From Bdellovibrionales bacterium (GTDB lineage Bacteria; Bdellovibrionota; Bdellovibrionia; Bdellovibrionales; JAGQZY01), in the NCBI GenBank assembly GCA_964230645.1, contig CAXRHT010000002.1, positions 320,001 to 384,000 on the forward strand: a DNA stretch of 64,000 bases, written 5' to 3'. The translations under genes and the position numbers were made by a program. The notes under the pieces are model-generated. The model was not told the DNA's origin and made no database searches. It was given only the letters and a program-made list of their open reading frames with translations. Positions 1 to 9,942 of the stretch are shown piece after piece; position 1 is the first letter of the stretch; each line of letters opens with the position of its first letter.

Positions 1-2
1 AA

Positions 3-1211
3 CTCGGCCATGGAATCACTCAACTTATCTTCCTGGGACAACACATAATTTACCGCCGCGTTGAAAGCGCCATCCTCATAAAGGTTTGTGCTCTCGGCCA
101 TTTCCCAGAGAGTGTTATCAGGAAGCGTGTTCCAGAAACGGTAGCTAAGCCTTGAGGCCACCGCAAATGAGGTCAATTGATGTATATTTTGCCCCATATT
201 GGTAGGTGCCACAAGATCCTGATCTTCAATTTGAAAGAGAAAATGAGGAGCCATAAAAACTCGAAATACTATTTTATTAACGGCTTCAGTATCGGAACCG
301 TTGTTGAATTCACTATAGTACTGAGCGAGTTCGTCAATGGCTGCACCACTACTATCCGTTAAGTTGAGCGCTCCCTCTCTTATGGGGCGCCTGAACGCAC
401 GACTAACAAAGTTTCTTACCCATTGATTTTTACACACTTGGGAGAGGTTATTTGGATTCGGGTTTGAGCAAGCGCCCGGATTAAGATTAATAAAATTTGC
501 AATCAGACTATTATAGTGAGTTGAGGAAAGTTCTTCGGCCAATTCGTGGGCAATGGAAAAATAGGCACTACCATGTTGACCATTAAAAACATTGTTCTCT
601 CGATCAAACTGATCAGACATATCACTTGGAACAGGGTTGGCGTTCAATGTAGCATCCACAAGTCCAATAGCGGCTTGGCTATTAATACCAAGAGAGAGCA
701 AATCAATAAGAGTGTTTTCGTACTGTCTTGCACTTAACCTTTTTGCATTTTTTCCCGGTAGATCTTCAGGCTGAATGTCCCCACTCAAGCACTCAAAAGG
801 TGAAGAGCCAGAAGGCATATTCACAACCCAACCGTAGAGCACCTGATAGTCTTCTTCAGAAAGGGGGCCTCCTCCTAGAGGCATCGTATTGTTTGAGCCT
901 GAGCCTTCGGTAAAATTTTGCAACCGAGAGATAAGACTTGAGCGGTGAGGTTTACCAGGACTAACAAGACCGGCTTCCACGTATTGACCCGCATGACTAA
1001 ATTCAAAGGAGGTGGCGGAACCTCCCGCTTTGTGACACCCCACACAGTTTTGGTTAATGACCGCCTGAACTTTTGGAAACATATCCGAGTTCAATCCACT
1101 GCCAAGTCCTATACTATCTTGCGCTGATTGAAATTCACCACAACCATTCATGGCAAAAATCCATGCAAATAAGCTAATGAAAAATATCACTGATAAATTT
1201 CGCGTACTCAT
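3..1211 (-). CDS. Heme c lipoprotein with DUF1587/DUF1595/DUF1592-type domains (partial, runs off the left edge)
   Basis: Not in the ORF track because it has no stop in the window. ATG at 1211 overlaps the upstream TAA (TAATG). Manual translation gives MSTRNLSVIFFISLFAWIFAMNGC (lipoprotein signal), CVGCH, LVSPGKP..S, TMP, KRLSARQYENTL, SRAFRRP, MAPHFLF and ASRLSYRFWNTLPD. Confidence 0.85.
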   Translation of the reverse strand, partial: MSTRNLSVIFFISLFAWIFAMNGCGEFQSAQDSIGLGSGLNSDMFPKVQAVINQNCVGCHKAGGSATSFEFSHAGQYVEAGLVSPGKPHRSSLISRLQNFTEGSGSNNTMPLGGGPLSEEDYQVLYGWVVNMPSGSSPFECLSGDIQPEDLPGKNAKRLSARQYENTLIDLLSLGINSQAAIGLVDATLNANPVPSDMSDQFDRENNVFNGQHGSAYFSIAHELAEELSSTHYNSLIANFINLNPGACSNPNPNNLSQVCKNQWVRNFVSRAFRRPIREGALNLTDSSGAAIDELAQYYSEFNNGSDTEAVNKIVFRVFMAPHFLFQIEDQDLVAPTNMGQNIHQLTSFAVASRLSYRFWNTLPDNTLWEMAESTNLYEDGAFNAAVNYVLSQEDKLSDSMAE

Positions 1212-2887
1212 TAGGAGCTCCGTGGTGGAAATGGAAGGGGGTCTTTATAAAAATGATAGTTGTAACGTGAGTATTCCTGGTTATACATATCGTTGTTACT
1301 ACCCCAGCCGCCTCCTGCATTTTGAGAACCAATGTGACCATAACCACCGATTCGAGAAATTCCGTTATTATGACTTCCTAAACGAGAATCAGTCCTCGCC
1401 TGGAAAAAACGATTAATCTCAGGATCTTCGTAATCACTTGGATTAAGCCCTAAGGCTCTGAGAATTGTTGTTAATGACCGATTGTAATGAGCTCCATAGT
1501 AAATGTGACCAAAGCGATCATTGTTGGGATCACGGCTAAAGTTATCACCGGCAAATCGAGGGTGTGGCCCTAAATTGCGGCGAGTGTAATCAATATGATG
1601 ACCTGTGGTTAGAGCCCCTCCGGCACTACCGATGAGTAAACATGGCTTATTAAAATCACTGTGAACTGTTGAGTTTTCTAGCGAGTAGTGCACGATCGAA
1701 TTATCGAGAATGGTCATCCCATTGGCCTCAACCGTTCCATCCAAAGCTGTTAAAAGAGGCGCTAGAAATTCACTCACAAAAATACCTTGAATATCCGCCA
1801 TATACTGGTGATTGGGAATATTGTTGTAAACAACCGACCAAGGTTGATGGCTATGCCCCTGATGGAAATCTTCGGAAGGGTGACGATCAAAATGCCCGCT
1901 CATAATATAACTAAAATCAAAAACCCGGTGAATATCGCAGGCCGCAGCCGCCGCATAAATTTGCGCGTACATATTATAAGCATAGCCGTGACTTTCGGGA
2001 TTGTAGTAATAAGAATTAGGGACACCGTCATTGCGAGCTCGGTCCGTGTTAATTTCACTGTAACTGCAGCCTTGGGTCGTTTGTGTAATGCCAAGACTTT
2101 TTTGAGTGTCTGAAATAATATCCATGACGTTGTTAAGAATTTGCCTATCAGTAGAACTGATTTTACGACCATTGACCACTTTGCGATAATCTTCAATCAC
2201 TGCTGAGAGAATATCTCTTCGAGGATGTTGTACCGTAGTACTTGAGCCATTTTCTGGCACGGGAACACCATTAGGATTAAAAAGAGCGTTAAATAAACGA
2301 TCAGGCTTGATCCAATCGCGACTGGCCGCTCGGCTAACATTGCCATCCGCACCCCTAACGTAAGAGCGATTGTTACCCACATTTAAGGGATCGTTCACAT
2401 GAGGGGTAAATCGTCGATTGGAAGCAAGTACTTGATCTATTGTTGGCAAGGCTTTTAAGTTCACAACCTGATTGTCATGTCCATCTGTGGCTTGAATATT
2501 TCCAAGAATATGACCACGACCGTGAGCGATACGAGAATGAAGATTGAGTCCTCTTAGAACATTCATTTTATCTAGGAAAGGATTGAGATCTCGGTTCAAA
2601 ACGCGAGAGAGCTGGTTTCTTCCCCCTGAAAGGTAAGATCTTAAACTTTGATAACGAATACTATGATCGCCATTGCCGGGATTGTAGGTTTGACTCGGCT
2701 GTTCTAAGGAGGGATGCCAATGACTGTGATGCCCGTAACCATAAGAGCCAATCAAACTAAAATAGCGTTTGATCGTCTGAGTCTGCCCCCAAGCACTGCG
2801 CGGAAGTAGAGAGGTCAACAAGGGAATGGGAAGCATTGCTCCACCGGACCCATACAAAAACATTCTTCGACTAAATTTTTTACCCAT
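1211..2887 (-). CDS. DUF1552 (HXXSHH) family protein, Tat-exported
   Basis: Tat signal SRRMFL..G...P.L; TIDQVLA; DFHQGHSH; TILDNSIV; GSAGGALTTG; adjacent to a DUF1592-type gene. Confidence 0.85.
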   Translation of the reverse strand: MGKKFSRRMFLYGSGGAMLPIPLLTSLLPRSAWGQTQTIKRYFSLIGSYGYGHHSHWHPSLEQPSQTYNPGNGDHSIRYQSLRSYLSGGRNQLSRVLNRDLNPFLDKMNVLRGLNLHSRIAHGRGHILGNIQATDGHDNQVVNLKALPTIDQVLASNRRFTPHVNDPLNVGNNRSYVRGADGNVSRAASRDWIKPDRLFNALFNPNGVPVPENGSSTTVQHPRRDILSAVIEDYRKVVNGRKISSTDRQILNNVMDIISDTQKSLGITQTTQGCSYSEINTDRARNDGVPNSYYYNPESHGYAYNMYAQIYAAAAACDIHRVFDFSYIMSGHFDRHPSEDFHQGHSHQPWSVVYNNIPNHQYMADIQGIFVSEFLAPLLTALDGTVEANGMTILDNSIVHYSLENSTVHSDFNKPCLLIGSAGGALTTGHHIDYTRRNLGPHPRFAGDNFSRDPNNDRFGHIYYGAHYNRSLTTILRALGLNPSDYEDPEINRFFQARTDSRLGSHNNGISRIGGYGHIGSQNAGGGWGSNNDMYNQEYSRYNYHFYKDPLPFPPRSS

Positions 2888-3212
2888 AACACCAACCCAT
2901 ACTCTTAAGAATGCAAATCGGCGGCCGAGTCAGATATGTTTAATTTCTATTTGAACGTATATAAAATTGCCATGTTGAATTTTTTTACAGTTTTTTAATG
3001 TTCTAATTTGAGACCATTTACTGTGTGGTACTATTTGTGATTTCCTCACCATTCCCCCCTGTTCAGCAATTTTTTTACTGAACAATTTTTTAACAGTGAT
3101 CAACAAGGAATGTCGCTTGGTCTTTCTATCCCCCTATCTTGAAGTAAAAAGGCTTCTAAACCTCTGATATTGGATCTCAGAGCCCATTCTTTAGGAGAAT
3201 TAGGACTTCTTC

Positions 3213-3228
3213 TGGCGTAAAGCTTGCA
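3213..3228 (+). promoter_or_regulatory. Putative sigma54 -24/-12 promoter
   Basis: TGGCGTAAAGCTTGCA has GG-N10-GC spacing with TGGC and TTGCA and lies just upstream of the ATG at 3241. Confidence 0.5.
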
Positions 3229-3240
3229 TCTCATTATGAT

Positions 3241-6200
3241 ATGCTTCGTTTTCTAGTCTTACTTTTTATTGGGATGAGTCTGTCACCACAAGCTTTTGCT
3301 CAACCCATCGACACTCACCTGGATCTTCCCCAGGGCCGTGTGCGCTACCAAGAAGCTCACCCCAGAGAAGTCAGACTTCAAAATGTCACAGTCAATGGGC
3401 GCACCCACACAGTTAAAGCCTATGGAACCATGTACATCTCGTTTATGGCCTCAATGATCGCCACCGAACTGGCTTACTGTAACCACCACCTTGTTCCCTT
3501 TATTGCTAACAACGAAGAGACTCCCAACTGTCGCGACGAACTCTTACAAATGCTTCTTGATCCGGGGATGAACCTTGGAATCATTGCCATGACCTTTACC
3601 TCCCTTGAGTTTTACCGCAGGGGAGATCGAGTTTTAAAGCGCTTTTTGAATCAGCTTTTGACAGAGAGAAACTCAAACGGAACCTTTGCCACAGGACGTA
3701 CGAGAAAGGCCTTACGCCTTTCGCAAACTCTTTCACGCACCCTCCTCCAACACCTTTCCATGGGAGCGGGAATGATGGTGCAAACTTCTATTGCATCCTC
3801 TTGGAACGCACCAAAAATGCGAGAATGCTTTGCCACCATAAAAAATGGCGTCAAGCAAAGCCTCAGTCGAAACTCCATCAATACCAACGAAGAATTACAA
3901 CAAGCAGAAAATGCCGAAGATATCGTTTCCACTGCAGTGGATGAGCAAATGGAGTCAAGTCCTTGTGAACAGGCAAAGGAACACTACTTTGATGCGGAAC
4001 GAGGAACACTCTCGGAGCTTGCCGTGACGATCATGTCTCTTGGAGCCTCCACTCTAATCTCGGGAACTATGGTCACCGGTCTTCGTTTTATTGGTATTGC
4101 CATGCTTGGCATGAGCCCTGTGGGAATGGGTGTCACTGGAGGCCTGATTGTCGCAAACTTTTCTATCGAAATGATTGATCGAATTCTTGAGCCATATATT
4201 CGCGCCTTTTACCATGCCTGGAATTCAAGACGATTGATGAAAAATGCTTTTGCCAATCTCGTCGAACCTCTCGATTTATACTCCGGGGATCAAAAACTTA
4301 TAAGGCAGCAAGAGTACGAGGTATGCACCAGAGGGGGCCCGCAGTTTACTTGCTATGAGAGCGAAACAAGATCGCGCACCCACTTCCCCCTCCTCGATGC
4401 CCTCGATGACTATAAGTACGCCCTAGACTATCGGCGCGAGGCCAAGCTCAACCGATTTATTGAAAATCACGGGCGTTGGGAATCAAAGGTTTCCACCATG
4501 CTCTCGGTCTTTAGTCAATTTCAAGATCTAATGAGAAAGCTTTATGAAATACGGGAACAAGTGGCTCAACCACAAAGTCTTGATACCTACTATAACTTCT
4601 ATCAGCCGATTACCTATGTGGAAGATCTCGATTTTAACACCGAACTTGATTTACCCACTGGAGGCAGTCAATTCAACGCCCGTCAACTTAGTGCCATTTA
4701 TGAAATTCTTAACGAGTTCCGCTCTCAAATATCTCTAAACTATTATGACCAAAATCGCATGCTTCGACTGTTATTTGAAGAACTGCATGTGCGTCTCCAC
4801 CAGAATGATTCTGAAAAAATCTTCCTCACCCTTTGGCGCTTAAAAAACATGGTGGCTGATCTTAAAGCGCGCGCTAATATAATGTCCACCCACATCCAAA
4901 CGGGTGTCGACTTCAGTCAAAGTGATTTTGAAAGAATTGAATCCGTGATTACCAACCTCTTCACATCTTTTACTCCGCAAACTCTGCAAGCCTTTTTATT
5001 GTTCGAATCGGCTCAACTCCCCGTTCTGGAGGAAATTTATCCAGAAGAAGAGACCCCTGATCCGAACTCCCCCGGGGTACAGAACCAGTTGAGGCGGGGC
5101 GTGATGATGACCTCTGAACCCATTAAATCTCTGCTTGAAATGAACAAAGACGACAATGTTCCCTTCTATGAAAATCAACGGCATTTTTTAAGAGAGCAAG
5201 TCTCTTTACCTTTTCTTCCCGATAATTCCGAGGGGGGTGTAAAATATGGTATTGAGGCCAAAACAGTGCCTTCAAGAATAGTCACCCATTTGGTGTGTGG
5301 TGATTTTAACGACACCCGATTTTATTACAATGATGGGCGTAATGACACCCTCAGCTTTCCCAATATCTTAGCTGAACCGGATAAAATGGACTGTGATTAC
5401 AAAAACGAACACTATGGAATTTGGGATCAAACCCAAATTCCTGAGGATGTTTTTATGATTAATCCTCTTAATCAGGAAATACGCAAGTTCCTGAGTGATG
5501 AAAGCAACCATCGCATTTACAGTTTTGATGGGCGCGAACATTTAGGGCTGCTTTCGGTGTTAGTTGATCCTCGGGTTGAGCTTCGCTGGGAGAATTTTCA
5601 GGATTTTTCTACCTACTGGAATGAAACCATGGGCCCGACTCTTTTGCGATATCTCTTGAGAGTCCGCCAGGAGTACTACGTAACTCTTGATGACTATTTT
5701 AACATCAGCACTCAGTGCGATAACTTTGAAAACTCTTTACTAAGATCGAACTGCCAATTTTGGCGCTCGGAAGTGGATATTACGACTCCCATCAGCGAAA
5801 ATGAAGTCGACCAAAGAGCGCAAGCCTTTCGAGCCAGTCGTGAATCCGACGAATCCTACTATTCTATGGTGGGAGTGGCCGAGTCTTTTGCAGAAGAGGC
5901 AAGAACCTATGCCTATATTAGTCGCAGGCTTTTTGGTGCAGAGGATGAGCTCACAGCCTTCCTCAATACCTATATTCCAGCCATCAATGAGATGGTGCAC
6001 TTCCTTGATATTTCCAGACGTGATTTGCAATTTGATATCAGTGAACTCAGTGATAGTGAAGTGAATGCAAGACTCAGTAGTGACCCAGCCATCGAGGTGA
6101 TTGGGCAGCAGAATTTTGAAAATTTTATATCCTCCTACCAAAATATATACGCTCACCTTATGCAGGCGAAAAATCAGTGGCCAGCGGTGAGTGGCGAAAA

Positions 6201-6360
6201 CCCGAGCGAGGAGCAACTGGAGACTCTCTCAGAGCTTGAAAGTCAAAATAGAATCAAAGGTGAATTGATTACAAATCTGGAACAAAGTTTGCAATTCACT
6301 GTAGAAACATTATTAGAGAAGTATATTGGTGGAGACCGTATTATCTACCTAGAAAATTAA
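3241..6360 (+). CDS. Large secreted hypothetical protein (1039 aa) with Gly-rich hydrophobic segments
   Basis: Long ORF, Sec signal ending AFA, hydrophobic stretch LAVTIMSLGASTLISGTMVTGLRFIGIAMLGMSPVGMGVTGGLIVA. Confidence 0.85.
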   Translation: MLRFLVLLFIGMSLSPQAFAQPIDTHLDLPQGRVRYQEAHPREVRLQNVTVNGRTHTVKAYGTMYISFMASMIATELAYCNHHLVPFIANNEETPNCRDELLQMLLDPGMNLGIIAMTFTSLEFYRRGDRVLKRFLNQLLTERNSNGTFATGRTRKALRLSQTLSRTLLQHLSMGAGMMVQTSIASSWNAPKMRECFATIKNGVKQSLSRNSINTNEELQQAENAEDIVSTAVDEQMESSPCEQAKEHYFDAERGTLSELAVTIMSLGASTLISGTMVTGLRFIGIAMLGMSPVGMGVTGGLIVANFSIEMIDRILEPYIRAFYHAWNSRRLMKNAFANLVEPLDLYSGDQKLIRQQEYEVCTRGGPQFTCYESETRSRTHFPLLDALDDYKYALDYRREAKLNRFIENHGRWESKVSTMLSVFSQFQDLMRKLYEIREQVAQPQSLDTYYNFYQPITYVEDLDFNTELDLPTGGSQFNARQLSAIYEILNEFRSQISLNYYDQNRMLRLLFEELHVRLHQNDSEKIFLTLWRLKNMVADLKARANIMSTHIQTGVDFSQSDFERIESVITNLFTSFTPQTLQAFLLFESAQLPVLEEIYPEEETPDPNSPGVQNQLRRGVMMTSEPIKSLLEMNKDDNVPFYENQRHFLREQVSLPFLPDNSEGGVKYGIEAKTVPSRIVTHLVCGDFNDTRFYYNDGRNDTLSFPNILAEPDKMDCDYKNEHYGIWDQTQIPEDVFMINPLNQEIRKFLSDESNHRIYSFDGREHLGLLSVLVDPRVELRWENFQDFSTYWNETMGPTLLRYLLRVRQEYYVTLDDYFNISTQCDNFENSLLRSNCQFWRSEVDITTPISENEVDQRAQAFRASRESDESYYSMVGVAESFAEEARTYAYISRRLFGAEDELTAFLNTYIPAINEMVHFLDISRRDLQFDISELSDSEVNARLSSDPAIEVIGQQNFENFISSYQNIYAHLMQAKNQWPAVSGENPSEEQLETLSELESQNRIKGELITNLEQSLQFTVETLLEKYIGGDRIIYLEN

Positions 6361-6392
6361 CACTTATTTTGTGGAAGAAGAAGGAGACATAA

Positions 6393-7007
6393 ATGACGCT
6401 CAAAAATAAGGCCCTTGCAACAATCGCTGTAACTTTACTAGTTGCAACCCCTGGATGGACCACACCCCGCCCTGATGGTAACGGACAAGCTCAGGCTGTC
6501 AACGTTCACAATGGTGAGCAGGTGTCTCAAGCTCTAGCCTCCTCAGGCCTTGATGTGCAAAACGTGGATGGAGCCAGGCTATATGAGGCCATGCAGACTG
6601 GAAAGATCTCTCAGGAGGCTTTACAGAGGTTTCTTGATCCGAGTCTGAGTGACGAGTATAAACCCCTTGCTTCCCAGATCATTCAAGCCACCGTCAATCT
6701 TGAAGCCGGTCTCAACACCACCCGTTTCTCAACTCCAAGTAGTGAGGGTGGAAGCAATATCCAAGACTCTCTTGGAAGAATCACTGAACTTACAATCCAA
6801 AAAATGAATGGACAACAAACGGAAATTAGCACGGCAAAAATGATGGCCGTTTCAGAAGTCATCAATACCTACGCTCAAAGTGCTAAGTCAGAAGTGGATG
6901 CTGACACAGCTAAAACAAGTGCTCGCGAAATTCTTAATCGTGGCAACGACGAGCCGGTAGTAACCCCAGAGCAAGACCCTTTCGATGTGATCAAAAACTG
7001 TCGCTAA
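6393..7007 (+). CDS. Secreted hypothetical protein
   Basis: AAGGAG RBS, signal peptide, followed by a terminator. Confidence 0.85.
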   Translation: MTLKNKALATIAVTLLVATPGWTTPRPDGNGQAQAVNVHNGEQVSQALASSGLDVQNVDGARLYEAMQTGKISQEALQRFLDPSLSDEYKPLASQIIQATVNLEAGLNTTRFSTPSSEGGSNIQDSLGRITELTIQKMNGQQTEISTAKMMAVSEVINTYAQSAKSEVDADTAKTSAREILNRGNDEPVVTPEQDPFDVIKNCR

Positions 7008-7024
7008 TTATTTTTGCTACAATT

Positions 7025-7070
7025 AAAAAAAAGCAAGACCGAATTCCATCAAGGATTCGGTCTTTTTTTT
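7025..7070. terminator. Bidirectional intrinsic terminator
   Basis: A-tract, AAGACCGAAT/ATTCGGTCTT stem and T-tract between convergent genes. Confidence 0.8.
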
Positions 7071-9642
7071 ATTCAAACAGAGTCTCTAGAGTCTCGTTCA
7101 AATCAAGACTTTCTTGATCGACGAGTCTTTGAACATTTTCGATCTCCGCCGGACTCCAAAATGTGGAATAGGCTTCCGCACCATCTAATAGAGAGACATC
7201 AAGGTCTCGTCCCGGGCTATTGCCATCCTGGTTGGGCTCTCCCACGGGCTCTTCAATCAAGAGATCGGGCCAAACACCTTTTTGATTGCGGCTTATTCCT
7301 TGAGGACTGAAGAATTCTAAAGAGGTCACAAGAAGCCCCATTTTCTTACCATCCGAGAGTTCAAGGGGTGAGTAGTATTGATTCACCAGTTTACCAAAAC
7401 TGCGGGTTCCAAGGGTGAGGGAACGTCCTAGATCCTTTAGGTTACCGGCAACGATTTCAGCGGCACTCTTTGATTTCTCATCAATAAGAACCACCAAAGG
7501 CAATTGATCATTCAAGAATAACTCAGGATCAGCCTGAAAGTCTCGCACCTGATCACTAAAACGAGAACCCATGGTGTAAAGGGCGATGGGGGTGTTTTTA
7601 ACAAATAAACTCATCACATTCATCGCTTCCTGGGTGTTGCCACCAGGGTTACCTTGCAGGTCAAGCACCAGAGCCTCAATCTCTTCTTCGTTTAGAATCG
7701 TTTGAATTTTTTGTCTTAACAAGGCCGCAAGACCAGCTTCAAATGAGGCAAGCTTAATCACAAGAGTCTTTTTTGCAGCGATCCTTTCTACCTGCAATTG
7801 GTAAAAAGAATCCAGAGGGTCAAGGGCGCGAGCCTGAAATAAGAACTCACTCTTCTCCCCCAAAGAGTTTTCGACCACCAATTCAAGAGGTGTCTCTTTA
7901 TCAACAAGAAGACGGTCGAGAGAATCATAACTTAAATTCTTTGCCTCCTCCCCGTTGATCTCGAGGATCTTATCCCCCACCTCAATCCCGTAGATTTGAT
8001 TCACTTCCGGGTGAACCTTGGCAAAATAATGAGCGCCACTCACGCCGGTTTGAATGGACACGCCATAGTAAAGGCCAGAAGAATGACCATTGAGTGTGGC
8101 CTGGGTTTGTTGATTGTTCTCAAACACCACTGAGTAATCATCCTGAGATGCTAGAGCTGCGGTCACAAACCACTCGGCATGGGAGAGTCGATCAAGAGAC
8201 TTGGTAAGGTATTGTCTAAGCTGTCCACTGGAGACATCAAGGGACGACGCCGGCGAGTGACCTTTGATGGGCTGACTTTGCATTTTATCTAAAATCTTTT
8301 GTTGTAAAGGCGATAGTGCCCCTAAGCTCTCCACCTGAAAATTATTTTGCTTCAGCTTGTTAAAAAGGGCTGTGACCTCAGCCGTCTTTACTAGAAATTC
8401 CTCTCGGAGCTCCTCAATAAAAGGAAGAAGAGCGGAGCAGTCCCCGGCTCGTCCCTTTTCAAATTCATTCATTAATTGCGCTAGCATGGGGTCATAGGGA
8501 TGAGGGCTTCTCATCGCCGCGCTGTATTTCTCCCGAGTCTCTAAACTCAAAAGAATTCCCTCGGGATCTGCTATAAAAGCAAAGTTTTTAAAAAAGCGAC
8601 GGTACTCCTCGATGTCCTTTATACCGAAAATACTGCGCTCAAAATGAAACTTCAGTACGAGGCTAAAATTGTTGCCAAGATTCCCGCAGGAAAAGCTTCC
8701 ACCACGAGGTCCATCCGGAAGTACAGAAGAAGGTTCTTCACTTTCTGCATGGCTAAGATCAAGAGTATTGGCGAGTTCCATGGGAAAAGGAGTGCCTGGA
8801 GTGGGCTGATAAATGGGATCACAAATTTCTTTTTCCACTCTTTCAACATAGCGACAAAGAACGCCATCGATTTCTTTAAGACGCAGTAGGTTTCCTTCAA
8901 TTACATAAAGAAAACTTTGTTTGGCGGTGTATACGTTGTCGGCCTGAGCTTCCACCTTAATTAAAAGAGCCGCAATAGGCTCATCCAATGGTTTAGCAAC
9001 CGATCCTGCCCACTGAGTTTCACTTATGTGCCAAGACCCACCATTATCTAAAATCAGTTTTCTAAGATCGCCGAGAGTTTTTAAACCCGCCTCTGTTGCC
9101 ACGTCTTCGGCCACGGGATTTTGTAGAGGCACAATCTCTTTTCCCCACGCCTCTGAGAGGGCCTCAATGTCCACGTTTTCATCTTCAAGAAGGAAGAGGT
9201 CACCATAGGCTGAAGCTGGCATCCCAAAAGTTTCGCAGCGCCAATCACTCTCCCACTCACCTTCCTCGTTGATGGCCTCACCCATCACACAATCTTTTGA
9301 TTCCACGAAAACCAACTTAATAAGACCAGGAAGAAAATTGATATAAGTTAAAGTCTGCATCTGGCGGGAGCCATTTTTAATACCGTCGGTCTCTAAAACA
9401 TAGCCTGAGTATACCTGATCGCGGTACTCGATATTTTCTTTGGTGCTCCAGCGATGCTCATAATTGGGATTTACGTCTTCCCACCTCTTAAAAAACTGCT
9501 CAAGACTAGAGAGACGAAAGTTCTCGGCTTGATAAAGAGCAGGAAAATCCTCTCCCGCCAACGAATAATTTGTGAGCAACAACGTTAATACAATAATTGT
9601 GACATTTTTAAACACCCAAGACTCCCAATAGTTTGATCCCAA
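7069..9642 (-). CDS. S41 family C-terminal processing peptidase with PDZ domain and long N-terminal extension
   Basis: GIEVGDKILEING (PDZ), LVLDLQGNPGG, KSKSAAEIVAG (catalytic Ser), RSFGKLVNQ (catalytic Lys), GVWPD. Start codon uncertain. Confidence 0.85.
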   Translation of the reverse strand: MGSNYWESWVFKNVTIIVLTLLLTNYSLAGEDFPALYQAENFRLSSLEQFFKRWEDVNPNYEHRWSTKENIEYRDQVYSGYVLETDGIKNGSRQMQTLTYINFLPGLIKLVFVESKDCVMGEAINEEGEWESDWRCETFGMPASAYGDLFLLEDENVDIEALSEAWGKEIVPLQNPVAEDVATEAGLKTLGDLRKLILDNGGSWHISETQWAGSVAKPLDEPIAALLIKVEAQADNVYTAKQSFLYVIEGNLLRLKEIDGVLCRYVERVEKEICDPIYQPTPGTPFPMELANTLDLSHAESEEPSSVLPDGPRGGSFSCGNLGNNFSLVLKFHFERSIFGIKDIEEYRRFFKNFAFIADPEGILLSLETREKYSAAMRSPHPYDPMLAQLMNEFEKGRAGDCSALLPFIEELREEFLVKTAEVTALFNKLKQNNFQVESLGALSPLQQKILDKMQSQPIKGHSPASSLDVSSGQLRQYLTKSLDRLSHAEWFVTAALASQDDYSVVFENNQQTQATLNGHSSGLYYGVSIQTGVSGAHYFAKVHPEVNQIYGIEVGDKILEINGEEAKNLSYDSLDRLLVDKETPLELVVENSLGEKSEFLFQARALDPLDSFYQLQVERIAAKKTLVIKLASFEAGLAALLRQKIQTILNEEEIEALVLDLQGNPGGNTQEAMNVMSLFVKNTPIALYTMGSRFSDQVRDFQADPELFLNDQLPLVVLIDEKSKSAAEIVAGNLKDLGRSLTLGTRSFGKLVNQYYSPLELSDGKKMGLLVTSLEFFSPQGISRNQKGVWPDLLIEEPVGEPNQDGNSPGRDLDVSLLDGAEAYSTFWSPAEIENVQRLVDQESLDLNETLETLFE

Positions 9643-9942
9643 TAATGCTCAATCTTTAATATTTCCCATAGATTGATGAATAGGCCTTTGTCTAAAACCC
9701 TCCCCCCATAAAAACAATGCATGCTTTTTTATAAAGGCAATAATGATCCCTTATAGAGGTTCCCTGGGCCTTGTGTGTCCTTTGACCCTGTCGCCTTCGG
9801 AGCTTTGAATTTATTTTAGAAAAATTTATAATTTTTATTTCGTACCCCATCGCTGCGAAAAGCCGAAAAAAGAAACTCGCTATAAGTCGTTGCAGCCAAT
9901 TCTATACTACATACCGAGGCCTTCAGCGGTTATCATACTCTC

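Noticed and set aside
177..1127. Short plus-strand ORFs at the left end
   Set aside because: They are shadows of the minus-strand DUF1592-type gene. The many short ORFs antisense to long genes elsewhere were rejected for the same reason.
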